Below, piece by piece: positions 38,201 through 50,100 of a stretch of 64,000 bases of DNA. The position numbers and the translations under genes are program-made. Position 1 is the stretch's first letter; every line of letters starts with the position of its first letter. This DNA comes from Hormiphora californensis (lineage: Eukaryota > Animalia > Ctenophora): assembly GCA_020137815.1 (NCBI GenBank), contig CM035354.1, positions 4,092,001 to 4,156,000 of the forward strand, written 5' to 3'. The notes under the pieces were generated by a model. The model saw only the letters and a program-made list of their open reading frames with translations, was not told the origin of the DNA and did no database searches.

Positions 38201-39966
38201 CACGTCCACACTTCACTTCTCTACGTGTGTTACAGTGTAAACGTAACTCCATACTAGGTTTACTATTCCGGTAGTGAAAATGCCGGGGTATGGAAGAATA
38301 TACAACTTCTATGGAAGAATATACAACTTCTATGGAAGAATATACAACTTCTATGGAAGAATATACAACTTCTATGGAAGAGTATACAACTTCTATGGAA
38401 GAATATACAACTTCTATGGAAGAGTATACAACTTCTATGGAAGAATATACAACTTCTATGGAAGAATATACAACTTCTATGGAAGAGTATACAACTTCTA
38501 TGGAAGAATATACAACTTCTATGGAAGAGTATACAACTTCTATGGAAGAATATACAACTTCTATGGAAGAATATACAACTTCTATAGAAGAATATTTTGA
38601 CGATTACCTTATTACCGAAATATCGAGGGACCGTTCAGGATGGATTCACTGCATTTAATGCATTTATATGTCCCAATTAGATGTGCTGTCTGTCAGGCCA
38701 ATGTGCTCTGACAAAGTGTTGTAGTAAAGCTTGTACTTGTCGTCTGTGTTCAATTTTAGGGGGTCGGGGGGGATGTGTTCATATTAATATTCAAGGGGTT
38801 ATACAAATTACCACAATCAAACAGCTAACATCTCCATTTCCCTTCAGGCGAATGTGTAGTGACTTATTCCTGACTGAGTCCTTCAGTTCCCTAACTGCCT
38901 ACAAGACGTGGTCCTCCCTCCGTGATGTCCTCTCCAGCCTAGTGGAGAAGATACCCGACAACAAAGAGTTCTCTACCCTCCTGGAGTGTGCACATCTCCT
39001 ATCAGTTAGGACATCATGTGCAGGCCATAAACAACTCTTTGAAATTGGGGTTAAAGCGGCCGTGGCTATGTTACGCTACACAAACTACCTCATTCCCGAT
39101 AAGACTTTCTACGAAGCAGGGATTGCATGTCGTTCAATTGGTTGGAATAATATGGCATTTGTGTTCCTAAATCGGTTCCTGGATATTTGTGATGCGATCG
39201 AGGACGGTAATACGGACATGCTGGATCACAGCGATTTTGCTGATACCGATATACCGTATGATATAATGCTCCCCGAGGATCACTCGATACAGGTATTAAC
39301 CTCTATTTACCAGGACCTCGATTTATCGGTATCTCGATTTACCGGGACCTCGATTTACCGTGCAAAAACCTTTCGTCCTTTCCCTCCTCTAGTAAATTGA
39401 GGTTTGACTATAACTTGACAATTATCCCTGTACAGGAGGATGAGCGAGAGGAAGCAAAGGAGTGGGTTCTAGCTGTTAGCATGGATCAGAGGGTCCAACA
39501 GGTTCTGAATACAGACGAGAGGGGGTGTTACGAGGCCAGTCTGGTGAATATCCACACCTCTGTTACATCACCACAGTGCATCCTTACCGGTTAGTTAGTT
39601 TGTTTGTTTGTTTTAGGAAACTGGGATACTGAGCTCTCCCCCTGATCTTGATCTTTTCTTTCCTTATATTACCGGTTAGTTAGCTAGCAATTCGTTCTAC
39701 TACTACAGTTTCCCACTAAAAAGTTTACATGTTCCCAGTTTGTCGACTCTCACAGTGTCAAATATTTACACACATCTCTCTCAGGTTACCCAGTTCTCAG
39801 AGGAGAGGTTGTGTTCCGAAACTCTTCCAGGGTTGCCAATAAGGATGACTGGAATGTTTATGTTATGGCCCGCAAAGTTACCCACAGTGTGGAATGTCAA
39901 GATGTCCTGAGCTACCTTCAACAGCTAACGGGGGCACCCTCAAACCCCAGCTATTCTTTCCAGTAG
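18589..39966 (+). CDS. IFT172: Intraflagellar transport protein 172, 27 exons
   Basis: N-terminus [40 protein letters not shown]; C-terminal [35 protein letters not shown]. Exons: 18589-19073, 19204-19394, 19553-19785, 19881-20048, 20190-20369, 20677-20830, 26043-26221, 28205-28348, 28788-28882, 29174-29469, 30402-30527, 30699-30866, 31016-31215, 31444-31599, 31685-31861, 31949-32084, 34341-34496, 34579-34780, 34915-35066, 35458-35660, 35765-35888, 36181-36288, 36783-36916, 37523-37783, 38848-39292, 39436-39589, 39785-39966. One extra G near 29300. Confidence 0.97.
21057..25392 (-). CDS. Multi-LDLa-repeat rhodopsin-class GPCR (GRL101/LGR-like, no LRR seen), nested antisense in IFT172 intron 6
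   Basis: Signal peptide [22 protein letters not shown] (ATG 25392); about 9-10 LDLa-like modules (CDGINDC..DEQFC, CDGTKDC..DE, CDGVQDC..EDE, CDGKFDC..DDE); 7TM exon 22381-21057 with [48 protein letters not shown]; frameshift near 21483. 5' exon boundaries approximate. Confidence 0.85.
26448..27227. mobile_element. Tc1/mariner-pogo-type MITE in IFT172 intron 7
   Basis: TIRs GGGTAAACCGGGGCAA / TTGCCCCGGTTTACCC flanked by TA (26446-47, 27228-29); multiple internal copies of ACCGGGGCAATTCGAAC and its reverse complement. Confidence 0.85.
29835..30105. repeat. (CT)n-rich microsatellite tract
   Basis: Seen directly; produces spurious Ser/Leu ORFs. Confidence 0.95.
32554..34146 (-). CDS. 287-aa protein with N-terminal membrane anchor and START/SRPBCC-like domain, nested antisense in IFT172 intron 16
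   Basis: Exons 34146-33959, 33856-33683, 33616-33549, 33119-32989, 32856-32554 (864 nt, in phase, GT-AG); Kozak CCACCATGG; [24 protein letters not shown]-like pattern [57 protein letters not shown] judged by eye; the gene model is firmer than the fold call. Confidence 0.6.
33141..33327. repeat. Minisatellite of alternating 31/37-bp units, each with an X-box palindrome GT(T/A)ACCATGGTAAC
   Basis: Cores at 33141 (ends TAAA), 33172, 33209, 33240, 33277, 33308. Confidence 0.9.
35163..35272. repeat. (CT)n microsatellite
   Basis: Seen directly. Confidence 0.95.
37000..37302 (+). mobile_element. Helitron/Helentron-like non-autonomous fragment in IFT172 intron 23
   Basis: 3' hairpin GCGCACCCA-A-TGGGTGCGC ending in CTAG|T (37281-37302); CGGC-GAA-GCCG mini-hairpin; two X-box-like motifs 21 bp apart (37170, 37191). 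5' end uncertain. Confidence 0.5.
37325..37526 (+). repeat. ~38-bp tandem repeat that includes the IFT172 exon 24 acceptor (CAG|ATAC)
   Basis: CAG|ATAC with the AG ending at 37362, 37400, 37438, 37483 and 37522. Confidence 0.85.
38289..38595. repeat. 21-bp minisatellite (TATGGAAGARTATACAACTTC) x~14 in IFT172 intron 24
   Basis: Near-perfect tandem copies with one A/G variable position. Confidence 0.97.
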
Positions 39967-40621
39967 AGACTATATTATTTGAGACTCTGTAATATGTAGA
40001 ATGAATGAATTACAGGAGATAGGTTTATTATCTAGGTTGATATGTGACTGTGAGACAGAGCATACCCCACGAGGAAGGGGCAACCCTCGCAGTCATTAGT
40101 GGGATATCGTGGGTACCTTGTTATACCCTATCTCACTGCAGGAGGGTTAGAAAAGGACAATACCTGAACGATATTGGAAACTGTATGATATATTTCTCTA
40201 TGTGTATATTACACTGTGTATAATGTAAATCTTCATGTTTGACAGCAATTCCTTGTTTTTTAGTACAATATAATACTGGCAGTGGGCCTGGACAGTTAAT
40301 TCGCTCACTTTCACTTTGAAATAGAAGGGAGGGGTATGACCCCACCCCTCTCTTTGGGTCTCTTTCCTTACTCTATGTATCAGCTTGAGCTATACACACG
40401 TCACATGACACAGTACACTGTACACACATGACGCTCCTCACACAAGAGATAAGGCCCACTGCCAGAGTGTAAAACAAGTTGGGTTTCATGTATCTTGACA
40501 AGAATCAGTAAAATTATAAAGGTACACATACGATATTCAAACTAAACAGTAAAACAGAACTCTCTCTTCCATTGCATTCCTTGACGAAATTTCTCATTCA
40601 TCTTTTATTCCCAATTAAAGT

Positions 40622-42174
40622 TCACGCATCAACGAAAACAGGGGCATGCACTTTCGTCAGTTTATTGTCTTTGCTTCCGGCAGAAAAGCTTTCCAAGAAC
40701 CTGATGATCTGAAAGAGGGATGGAGGGTTAGAAATGAATTAGGATGGAGCTCAATTCAGTTGTGCAACAACAATTATACCAACAAACAAACACACAAACA
40801 CGTCGGAGCGTAGTGTAAACATAAGGTGATGGAGTGCGCGCGCCTTGCGCCGAGATCCCACTAAAATTGTGATTCGGCGTTTCGCGCCAGCCGAACATCC
40901 CGACACTTACCTGATTTTCTGCATCTATCAATTTCTGAAAGTACGTCCTCGTCGACTCTTTGATGTCTTTCACCCATACCTTCTTCAAAGACGCGTATTT
41001 CCTCTTTCAAGTTTTTGCTTACCACTTCGAAGTCTTCCTGGACACTTTTCAACCTTTCCCTCCCACTGTAAATTGGGTTGAAGTGTTACTTTGACTTCCT
41101 ATTAGCACCTCTCCCAAGCTTCAAGAGGCAGGATGTATTACACACTTACAAATCTGATATCTTCTTCACATTGAGCCACTCGATCTGTTTTCCCCTGTAA
41201 CGTTGCTTTACTTTTTGCATCTCTCTTCTTGGCAAGGGTTGTTTGGGCTGACTCCCAAAGACTGAATGCCTTTACTCGCTCGTCAAACGCTGCCTAAAAG
41301 AGGAAACGGGTTCACTAAGTTAATAGAAGTAACAGTTAATTATCCTGCACATGACACTTCCCTCAGTATGTGCTCTCTCTCTTTCTATCTCTCTCTTCTA
41401 TCTCTCTCTCAGTCCCACTTATCTTTAATTTTCTGTCTTGTAGAATCCCCCATTCAAACTCGATAACCCTCATCTCATCATGATGCGAAGGGAGTTATCG
41501 AGTGAATGGGGGTACGAAGATGATGATGATGATCGTGACTTCACCAGTCTCGATCCCACTCTGAATCCAATAATTTAACGTATAGTACTAACCTTCGTAG
41601 CCTGGATGATGGAAATGTAATCTTTCACCGTTTCCCCAAAAATAAACAAATCTCCGTCCGCCATCTCAGTGTGTACGTTACTAAGGTTCATCTCTAGTTC
41701 TGATAATTTGGTGATAGCACGGCGCAGTGATGCGTTATCTTCTCCTTCACCTGGTGGGATGGATCACATTTTAGACTGGGGTGTGTTTTAGACTGGGGTA
41801 GGGATTGGATTGGTTTCACGGTGGGCAAAACAGCCATTGCGGCTAATAAACAATCAACCGATCCTTATTTGTTAATGCTATTTCGCAGAGACATGACTGG
41901 ATCCACTCAACACAGTCTCATTTAGTGCCTTACAGGATTCTAATAATAGAACTCATAGATTGGTTTCTAGGATGGGGGGAGATAAGATTGCAATGAGAAA
42001 AGAAAAAGCTATTAATTCTTTGATAGTAATGGGAAGGGGGCAGTGAATGTCAAAGCAAGTGCCAAGTGTGAGATGTGTGAGGAAGGGAGGGGAGGGGAAA
42101 AGAGTTTTACTCAAAATACAGATAACAGTGGAATACAGGGCGGTACTGCCAGAGAGAAAGAGAGAAAGAGAGAA

Positions 42175-42241
<67 letters not shown>

Positions 42242-45200
42242 AAGAGAGAAAAGGGTGGTAAATTGGTTTGAAACTTTATACTCGACCAACTGCACACCTG
42301 CAGTAGGCCGCAGCAGGGTACACTCACACACACCAATACTTTTCAAAACAAACCATCTCAGATAAGTGTCTCAGAATCTAACTTTATTATTTATTTAGAA
42401 AAATAACACGATCATCTAACAAGCACATATATTATTCAGCATTGTTAGCGTTTTTTCAAACGAATCAACCAACGCCGCTTGATCAATCATCGAAAATGTG
42501 TTCATTATACTTTTTTTGCTGACTAATATTAATATGTAAAGTAGGGACAAAATATTTTGCTCTTATAGCTTTACTGAACCCCGGTAGAGCGGGCTAAATA
42601 AAATAAAATACAGTGTGAGCAACAAATACCAACCTAAGTGGAGACACGATGAACTGAAAGCGGCGGACTTGGCTGCCAGATCCCTCCTATCAGCCACAAT
42701 ATTATCCACAACAGCCAGAATCTTCTTCAGAGTTTCCTCCATCTCTGAAAAATGAACCGAGTTATGACGTCAAAATGTTGCATCATGTATAATGTATATG
42801 ACGTCACTACGTGACATATGTATCGTGGATTTGATTAACAACTCCTTACCCAAGATGTGTTGTTGTTTGTCCTCGTACCATTCGTCTACCTCGTTGATAC
42901 GGGCTGTCGCCTTGGTAACCATGGTCTCCATACTCTTCATGAAACCTGTAATGAGATATACATCATGTTGTTGTCTCAAAAAGATTGCCTACTCCAAACC
43001 GGGCCGACATAACGGTCATGTAGTAGTATGACAACTAACTATGTTGATATATCAACAATACAATCACGGTGATCGTTTGACAAGTATACAACTGCTTGTG
43101 TGGTAGTTGCTACTAATTTAGTAGTTTCATTAATCAAATAACTACACGAGAGAGGAACGTTAGTGGGGGATATTGTGTGAGAAGTGTAGTACTGATTTCT
43201 CCAATGGACAATACCACTTACCAGATATCTGTTGCAGTTCAAGAGGAAACTAATATGTAAATTGTATACCCCAGCTAATGTGTATTATGAAACAGGGCCG
43301 GGGGAAGGGGGTGCCACGGTGACCACTGACCCTCTTAACAGTCCCCTTACCTTTGATTCCCGATGCGTTAGGGTTTGGTCGAGGAGCATCCTCCTCCTGC
43401 AGGAACCTCCTCAGAGTCTCATCTTTACTGATCAGATTGTGGGCCATCAGACGATTCAGGTACCTGACGGGAGACCACAATTGTAAATTAAATCTTGTGT
43501 TATATCGTGAAAGTCGGTATGATCGCCGAGATACGAAAGAATAATATGTAATATGTGTAATTGGGGGGGGGGGGTGCAGCCCCAAAAAATTCAAACTTTT
43601 TCCGAAACCCAGGGTATGGTTGGTTTTTTTTGGTCGTTTTTGGTCGTTTTTGGTTGAAATTTCTTTGATTTTTTTTGGTCGTTTTTGATTTTTTTTGATC
43701 GTTTTTTATTTTTTTTGATCGTTTTTTATTTTTTTTGAATTTTTTTGATCGTTTTTGAATTTTTTTGGATCGTTTTTGATTTTTTTTGATTGTTTAATGT
43801 TGAACAAAAAGTTCAAAAAAAATCAAAAACGATCAAATAAAATAAAAAACGATCAAAAAAATTCAAAAAAAATCAAAAACGATCAAAAAAAATCAAAAAA
43901 GATCAAAAAAAATAAAAAAAGATCAAAAAAAATCAAAAAAATCAAAAAAGATCAAAAAAAATCAAAAAAGATCAAAAAAATCAAAAACGACCAAAAAAAT
44001 CAACACTTTTGAAAATCCAGGGTATGGTTGGTTTTTTTTGGGCTGCACCCCCCCCCCCCCCCCCCCGTAATTTCAATATTATCGCACTGATTTTTCAGAT
44101 GTAGGAGGTATGTAGACTTTACTCACCTTTCAAGAGCTGCCTTCCTTCGTTTAATAAATAAGCTGGGGTCTTGTGTATTTTCCGTACTACTACCTCCACC
44201 TCTAAAACGCAACTTGGCAGTTCCTGAACGGGGGAAGGGGGTTGTTGTGGGGGTTGCTAGTGGTGGGTCGCAGTGGGGGAGGGGGGTTGTTGTGGGGGTT
44301 GCTAGTGGTGGGTCGCAGTGGGGGAGGGGGGTTGTTGTGGGGGTTGCTAGTGGTGGGTCGCAGTGGGGGAGGGGTTTGCTCAGTTCCCCTACCTAGCACT
44401 CAGGGGGTATTAGTAGTAGGCCGTACGGGAGCTGCTTAGCTACTCCTACCTAGCACGCAGGTGGGCTTCTACAGCCTGCAAGGGGTTGCTCAAGCTCTCT
44501 TGCAACAACAATAAGACCGACACAACTGCACTAGATAAGATCTATTTTGATAATAGATATCTACAATCTTGCCTTTTTAGCACACCCCTAGCACCCGCGG
44601 CTAGCACACCTTATTAATTGCGTTCTTCTTTGCCACACCTATTTTAGCATAAATGTTACCGCTCTCAAACAGTTTATGCTAAAGTTTGAGTCACACTCAA
44701 TAACAGTACGGTGTTCCGTCATATAAATCGTTGCCTAAGACGCGGTCTACGACGTCTAAGAAGCAGTCGTAGACCGCGTCCAATATGACGGAGCACCACT
44801 GTAAGTCAGACTCATCCCCCTCACACAAAAGGCAGTCAGTCATGCAATTCGTCTTCTTCTCCAGTCATGCACTCACCCATAAAGTTCTTCTCCGGTACAG
44901 GGGGCACTATAACTCCTCTGGGAAGGTAGTTCTCCACAATAAGTTGATGGAGGACAAAGAAGTCGTTATATCTTCTCTGGACCGTCGTCTTCGGAGCATC
45001 GCCCAACTGAAACAGAGAGTGTTAAATGAAAAGATACCCATATTAAGGCTAACTAAAAGAAATACAATAATAAATATCGCTCCTACATTTTGGGCTTTAT
45101 AACGGAGCACAAGCACGCTCTGTGAGGGTTCGGTAGAAGAATTATTAGGTAAAGAGATGATTTGAGTGGCACACATGGTATAGTAGTAGTAGTACTTACC

Positions 45201-46354
45201 GTGGTACCTCAGCTCACACTGGGTTCTTACCGTGGCTTGTATCGTGTAAATGATGTAGCTGCTGTATCCTTCACCTGGGAACATCATGTGGTAATGTGTG
45301 TAACATGTACCCCCTTTGTTATCCTCTCTCTTTCTAGATTTACTAAAGTCTTCTCATCTTTCATATCTTTTTTCATCATTCTCTGGCATTATTCCAAAAA
45401 GTAAAAACTTACCGACTTTTGTGTAGTTTGGGATTTCGATACTATAACTTTCCTTGGGGCTCGATTTCTTGTCTCCGTTTACCTACAGAGATTAGTGCTG
45501 GAATTTTAGTTAGTCACCTTAGCAACAAATGTTAAGATTCTCAACCGGCTAAAGCTAGTGATTATGCTATAAGCGGGAAAGGGTGACCCGTTTTCAACTT
45601 TTCTAGGAATTCTTACCCAACCAACAGATTTTTTCAACTGAGCTGATTCCTTCGCAGCATTCAGCAGGGCAGTAGTTTTTGTGTCATCTAAAGCACAGCC
45701 AACCGCAGGGGTGTTAAAGGGAACGCGATCGTGATCTGAAATATATAACAACCATGTTATTGCAAAACTAAGTTGTGCTGGGAAACTAAGGATTTTAAAC
45801 TGACAGGATTTAGGAGTTTAGGTGGTTTAACACTAAGCGAGAGGAAGCCTCGGAAACAAATCTTAGACAACTCATTCTAAAGTAAGAGATCGAACGAGAA
45901 AATCAAATCCTAAACATAGTAACTATTACCGGAATTAGTTCGAACGGGAATGAAAATCTAAACAGTAAAACTAACCGGAATTAGTTCGAACGGGAATGGC
46001 ACCCTGGAGGTTACTCTCTTCCTCTTCATCATCATCATCATCAAAGAGGTCAGGTTGTGTTGGCGGGGTTCGCTCATCACTACTTCCAAACAAATCCTCC
46101 CTATCATCCTCTATCCCCGCCAAATCTTCCTTTTCTTCCATATCAAACAGGGCATCCTTGTCCTCTGCAGCAGGGACATCAACCACAGGATCATCCTCAT
46201 CTTCTTCTTCTTCAGGCTCACAGATAACTACGGCTGGGGTCGGAACAGTTTGTTCCCCCTCCTCCTCCGGGAACCCGTCATCGTCGTTGTCGCTAGCAAA
46301 GAGGTCATCGTGACCTTGTTCAGGAGCTGGTGAGTCGAGGCCCGGTGAGCTCAT
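40622..46354 (-). CDS. SNX1/2: SNX-BAR sorting nexin (SNX1/SNX2/Vps5-like), multi-exon
   Basis: Acidic N-terminal exon; PX domain TKVGEGYSSYIIYTI..VQRRYNDFFVLHQ..GVIVPPVPEK..FIIKRRKAALERYLNRL..LRRFL; BAR domain INEVDEWYEDK, FGETVKDYISII, AAFDERVKAF, FEVVSKNLKEEIRVFE; TGA at 40622-40624; indels near 40970 and 41040. Confidence 0.88.
42150..42250. repeat. (GA)n microsatellite
   Basis: Seen directly. Confidence 0.95.
43563..44066. mobile_element. Foldback-type DNA transposon with poly-G/poly-C termini, in an SNX intron
   Basis: Ends (G)nTGCAGCCC / GGGCTGCA(C)n; inverted arrays of TTTTTTGATCG and CGATCAAAAAA units; direct repeat GTAATT at 43557-62 and 44067-72. Confidence 0.75.
44236..44373. 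repeat. G-rich 45-bp tandem repeat x3
   Basis: GTTGTTGTGGGGGTTGCTAGTGGTGGGTCGCAGTGGGGGAGGGG at 44241, 44286, 44331. Confidence 0.9.
44704..44801. mobile_element. Short palindromic pogo/Tigger-like MITE
   Basis: CAGT..GGTGTTCCGTCATAT / ATATGACGGAGCACCACTG-TA arms with inner palindrome GACGCGGTCTACGAC..GTCGTAGACCGCGTC. Confidence 0.55.
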
Positions 46355-47114
46355 AGACACACTACTAAGAGGGAATGGGGGAGCATTAAGGTATGTGGAA
46401 AATATTCGTCGGAAACATGTATTATTTGATCTTGTAATCTTGTAATCTTGTAACAAATGAGAACAAATAAAACAAATAATTCAGCCTCTCTGAACTCATT
46501 CAGTTTAGCAACTATGTCATAGCCAGGCGCCGTTACGATCTGGGTGTTTTGAGGCCTGTTTACAGCACCCTGAATTAAAATTGCTCTAACCACCAAAGTC
46601 CAAACCACTCAACTGTTTTGGCTAATCCAAAATTTATCGGATAGGAAATCTCAAGCCTTAACCCCAACCCAAACACCAGCCCTAGCCCCTTACCCTGACC
46701 CTTTTTTAGCTCTGAGTTCTGACCCTAACAAACCGTGAGTGCTGACACTCAAAACACCCAGATTTTCCCGTAGAGGAAGAGTAGTTGGCAAACGCTACTG
46801 GCCCCCGATAAGGATAAGGCAGCGCTTTTGAAGAAAATTGAAAAACCGAAAAGAATTTAATCTGAATCGAAGAACGAGAGATTTGAAAAATCCACGCGCA
46901 GCCCAGGATTTTTTGTCAGCACTGATATGCTTTCGGCGTGGGAAAAATGCGCGCAGCGTGAGAATTTCCGACGCGACTGTAGCTTAGAGCTTTTACTTCC
47001 ACTAAGAAACGCAACTTATTTTTTCTTCTCAGTTTAGAAGTCCGTTTTACGTTTTCTGTGTAACAACCTGTAACGTGTGCTCAGTGTACACTGTCATCTT
47101 CCACCACCAGTAAA

Positions 47115-50100
47115 ATGATAAGTGTCACACAACCAAGGTAAGCGCTAAGCTTTTTAAATCGTTGTATGTAGGCGTTATAAGACGAACGGCCTAGGATCCA
47201 AGTATGGCTGCAAAAAGGGAAAAGACTGTACAAAACTCCACCCAAAACTTTGTGATGGGTCACGAAGAAAAATGAAAGATCGAATTTGTGTGGAGAAGGA
47301 CTGTCCCCACCTACACCTGAAGGGAACTCGGAGGACGGCATCGATGACACCACCAGAAGACCCAGCGCCATTATCCTACCGAAGAGAAACAAGGTCCTCA
47401 GACGAATCAGCAGCGAACTATCAGATCCCGATGAGCAGTTCTCCTCTGAGACCTGCTTCTCAGCAAAGCCCGCAACACGTCCAATCGGGTTTTCTGTCGA
47501 TCTTCCTGAAGGAAGTCCGAGATGCAAGGGAGGAATCTCTTCGACAAGCGGATCGTATGGACGAAATAATGGCTCATCTCATCGAGTCCCAAGACGAATC
47601 ACCAATGATTCATTCCCAGGTGATCCCACAGAGCCAGTACTCCATTCCCAGGGGTATGACGCTGACCCAGGGCCTCAGAAAACCAATACTGAGCCCACGA
47701 ACCTCTCTAAGATGTTCTTACTAAACGGTCGGAGCATCTCCCCATCAGCAGCAGGAAGCACCCGCTGGAAAATTCCTTTCATCGAATCAACCATCCTCCA
47801 AACTTCCTCATCTGTTCCACCAATTGCCCTCGGTATCACGGAGTCTTGGCTGAAACCATATATCAGCGATGCCCAAATATCTCTTCAGGGGTACAGTGTT
47901 TTCCGTTCTGATCGACCAGAACGTGTTGGCGGAGGTTGTGTATTGTACATACACGATGATATCCCTATCAGCTTCGCACACTCATTCAGTGATAGGGAAT
48001 GTAGCATTGTTTTAGCTTTCAGTGAGGCGAAGAACCTATTATTTTCCTGTGTTTATCGTCCCCCGGACTGTTCTCAAAAGTCCTTTCTATCCATTTTGGA
48101 CGTACTCCAGCAGCAAATCAATACCCTTTCTAACAACAACCTCCCTGATATGTTTATTTTGGGGGATTTCAATTTACCGTTGTTCAATTGGGATATAGGT
48201 TCTCCACCGCCAAACTCTTCACCGGGCTATGCTGCTCTCTCTGACTTCATCGGTGATAACTTTTTAACACAAGTTGTTAACCAACCTACACGGGGTAGTA
48301 ACATTCTGGATCTAATCTTTACAAATACACCACAGAATGTGGCTAGTATCGGTACTGAAGCAACGGGAATTTCTGATCACATGTTAGTTGAGTGTCTATT
48401 AACAATAAACCCCACAGCAGCTTTATCCCCTTCCACAATATCCTGGGACTACCAGAGTTTTCGAGGGATTAATGTACATAAAGGTGATTTTGATGAAATG
48501 TCTGTCGATCTTATGAAAATAGATTGGCAAGAACTTCAACAGCTGTGCAAGGAGTCAGGTGATCCAGAAGGCGAACAATTCAAGGAGTTGTTTGTGTTAA
48601 CCGTCCTCCAAATAGCCATCAAGCACTGTCCTCGAAAGAAACCTAAACCACGCAACCAAAAGGGTCCCCTCGAAAAGCTGAAACGGAGGAGAAGAAAACT
48701 GAAATCGAGAATTGAAGCGTTGACCAAAATAGGGAACAACAGCAAGAAGTTATCTGACCTAACAGATGAAGAGAACGATATATCAGAAAATATCAAGGAA
48801 CTTCTACTCGCACCGTTGGAGGAGGAAGAAGAGAGAGCAGTGGCTAACATCAAGGTCAACCCTCGGTACTTTTTCTCCTATGCTAAAAAGCTATCAACTA
48901 ACAGATCCTCAATAGCTCCCCTCAAACGTGACAATGGAACACTAACCACTGACAATGCTGAAAAGGCAGAACTATTACAGTCTCAATACTGCAGGGTGTT
49001 TACTGAACCAGACAGTGGAGACCCGGAGAAGAGCAACGAGTGGGTCAAAGAGGAAACAAACGCTATCTTGGAGGACATCACCTTCACCACTGAGGATATC
49101 AAAAAGGCACTTGCAGAACTTGATCCGTACTCCGCTGGACCTGATGGTGATATTCCTGCAAAAATCCTCAGTTGCTGTAGAGCCGCCCTTTCCATCCCTC
49201 TTCACTTGCTCTGGGAGGATTCTTTCGCATCTGGAGTGACCCCACCAAGCCTCAAAATGCAGTACATTGCTCCTATATTCAAACGAGGAGACAAAACATT
49301 AGCAGCAAACTATCGCCCTGTTTCTCTAACATCAAATCTGCTGAAAACATTTGAAAGAATCGTGAGGAACAAGCTAGTGGACCACCTGGAATCAAACGAT
49401 CTCCTCCCCGACAGTCAACATGGTTTCCGTCGACAGCGAGGATGTCTTACTCAACTCCTTGACCACATGGACAATATCTTCAAGGAACTGAATAGTGGAA
49501 ATGAAGTTGATTGTATATACCTTGACTATTCCAAGGCATTTGATAAGGTCAATCATGGGATCCTTATCAACAAGTTAGAAAAGCTGGGTGTAAGAGGAAA
49601 AGTGCTGGCTTGGATCAAAAACTTTCTATCGGATAGGTTCCAGACAGTTACTGTAGAGGGAACGAAATCTACATTTCAACCAGTGAAAAGTGGAGTACCG
49701 CAAGGTACGGTACTTGGACCAGTACTTTTCATTATCTATATTGCTGACCTACACCACCGGATTCAGCACAGCAAGATCGGTACATTTGCAGATGATACTA
49801 AACTGAGTAAAGCAATACTATCTGAACAATCCTCGGGAGAGCTTCAAGAGGACCTGGATAGTGTGGTTGAATGGTCGGAAGCGAACAGTATGGCCCTACA
49901 TGACGAAAAGTTCGAGGTGATCCACTACACCCTTAACAAAACATCCCTCTTGAGACAACTGCCTTTCACCAACAACTTTCGAGACTACGTCACGCCTACA
50001 GGAATCACTATCGCTCCGACTAATAATGTTCGAGACCTTGGAATCCTATTATCAAACGATTGCTCATGGACAGATCATATAGGCAAAATTTCCAAGGATG

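Noticed and set aside
43755-44012. Lys-rich 85-aa ORF
   Set aside because: Translation of the A-rich arm of the foldback element.
46655-46735. Telomere-like CCCTAA variants in the SNX/CCDC66 promoter
   Set aside because: Too short and degenerate to call an interstitial telomere.
47286-47711. 142-aa N-terminal extension of CR1 ORF2 overlapping ORF1
   Set aside because: Starts at TTG; the first ATG (47712) coincides with the endonuclease start, so the extension is not needed.
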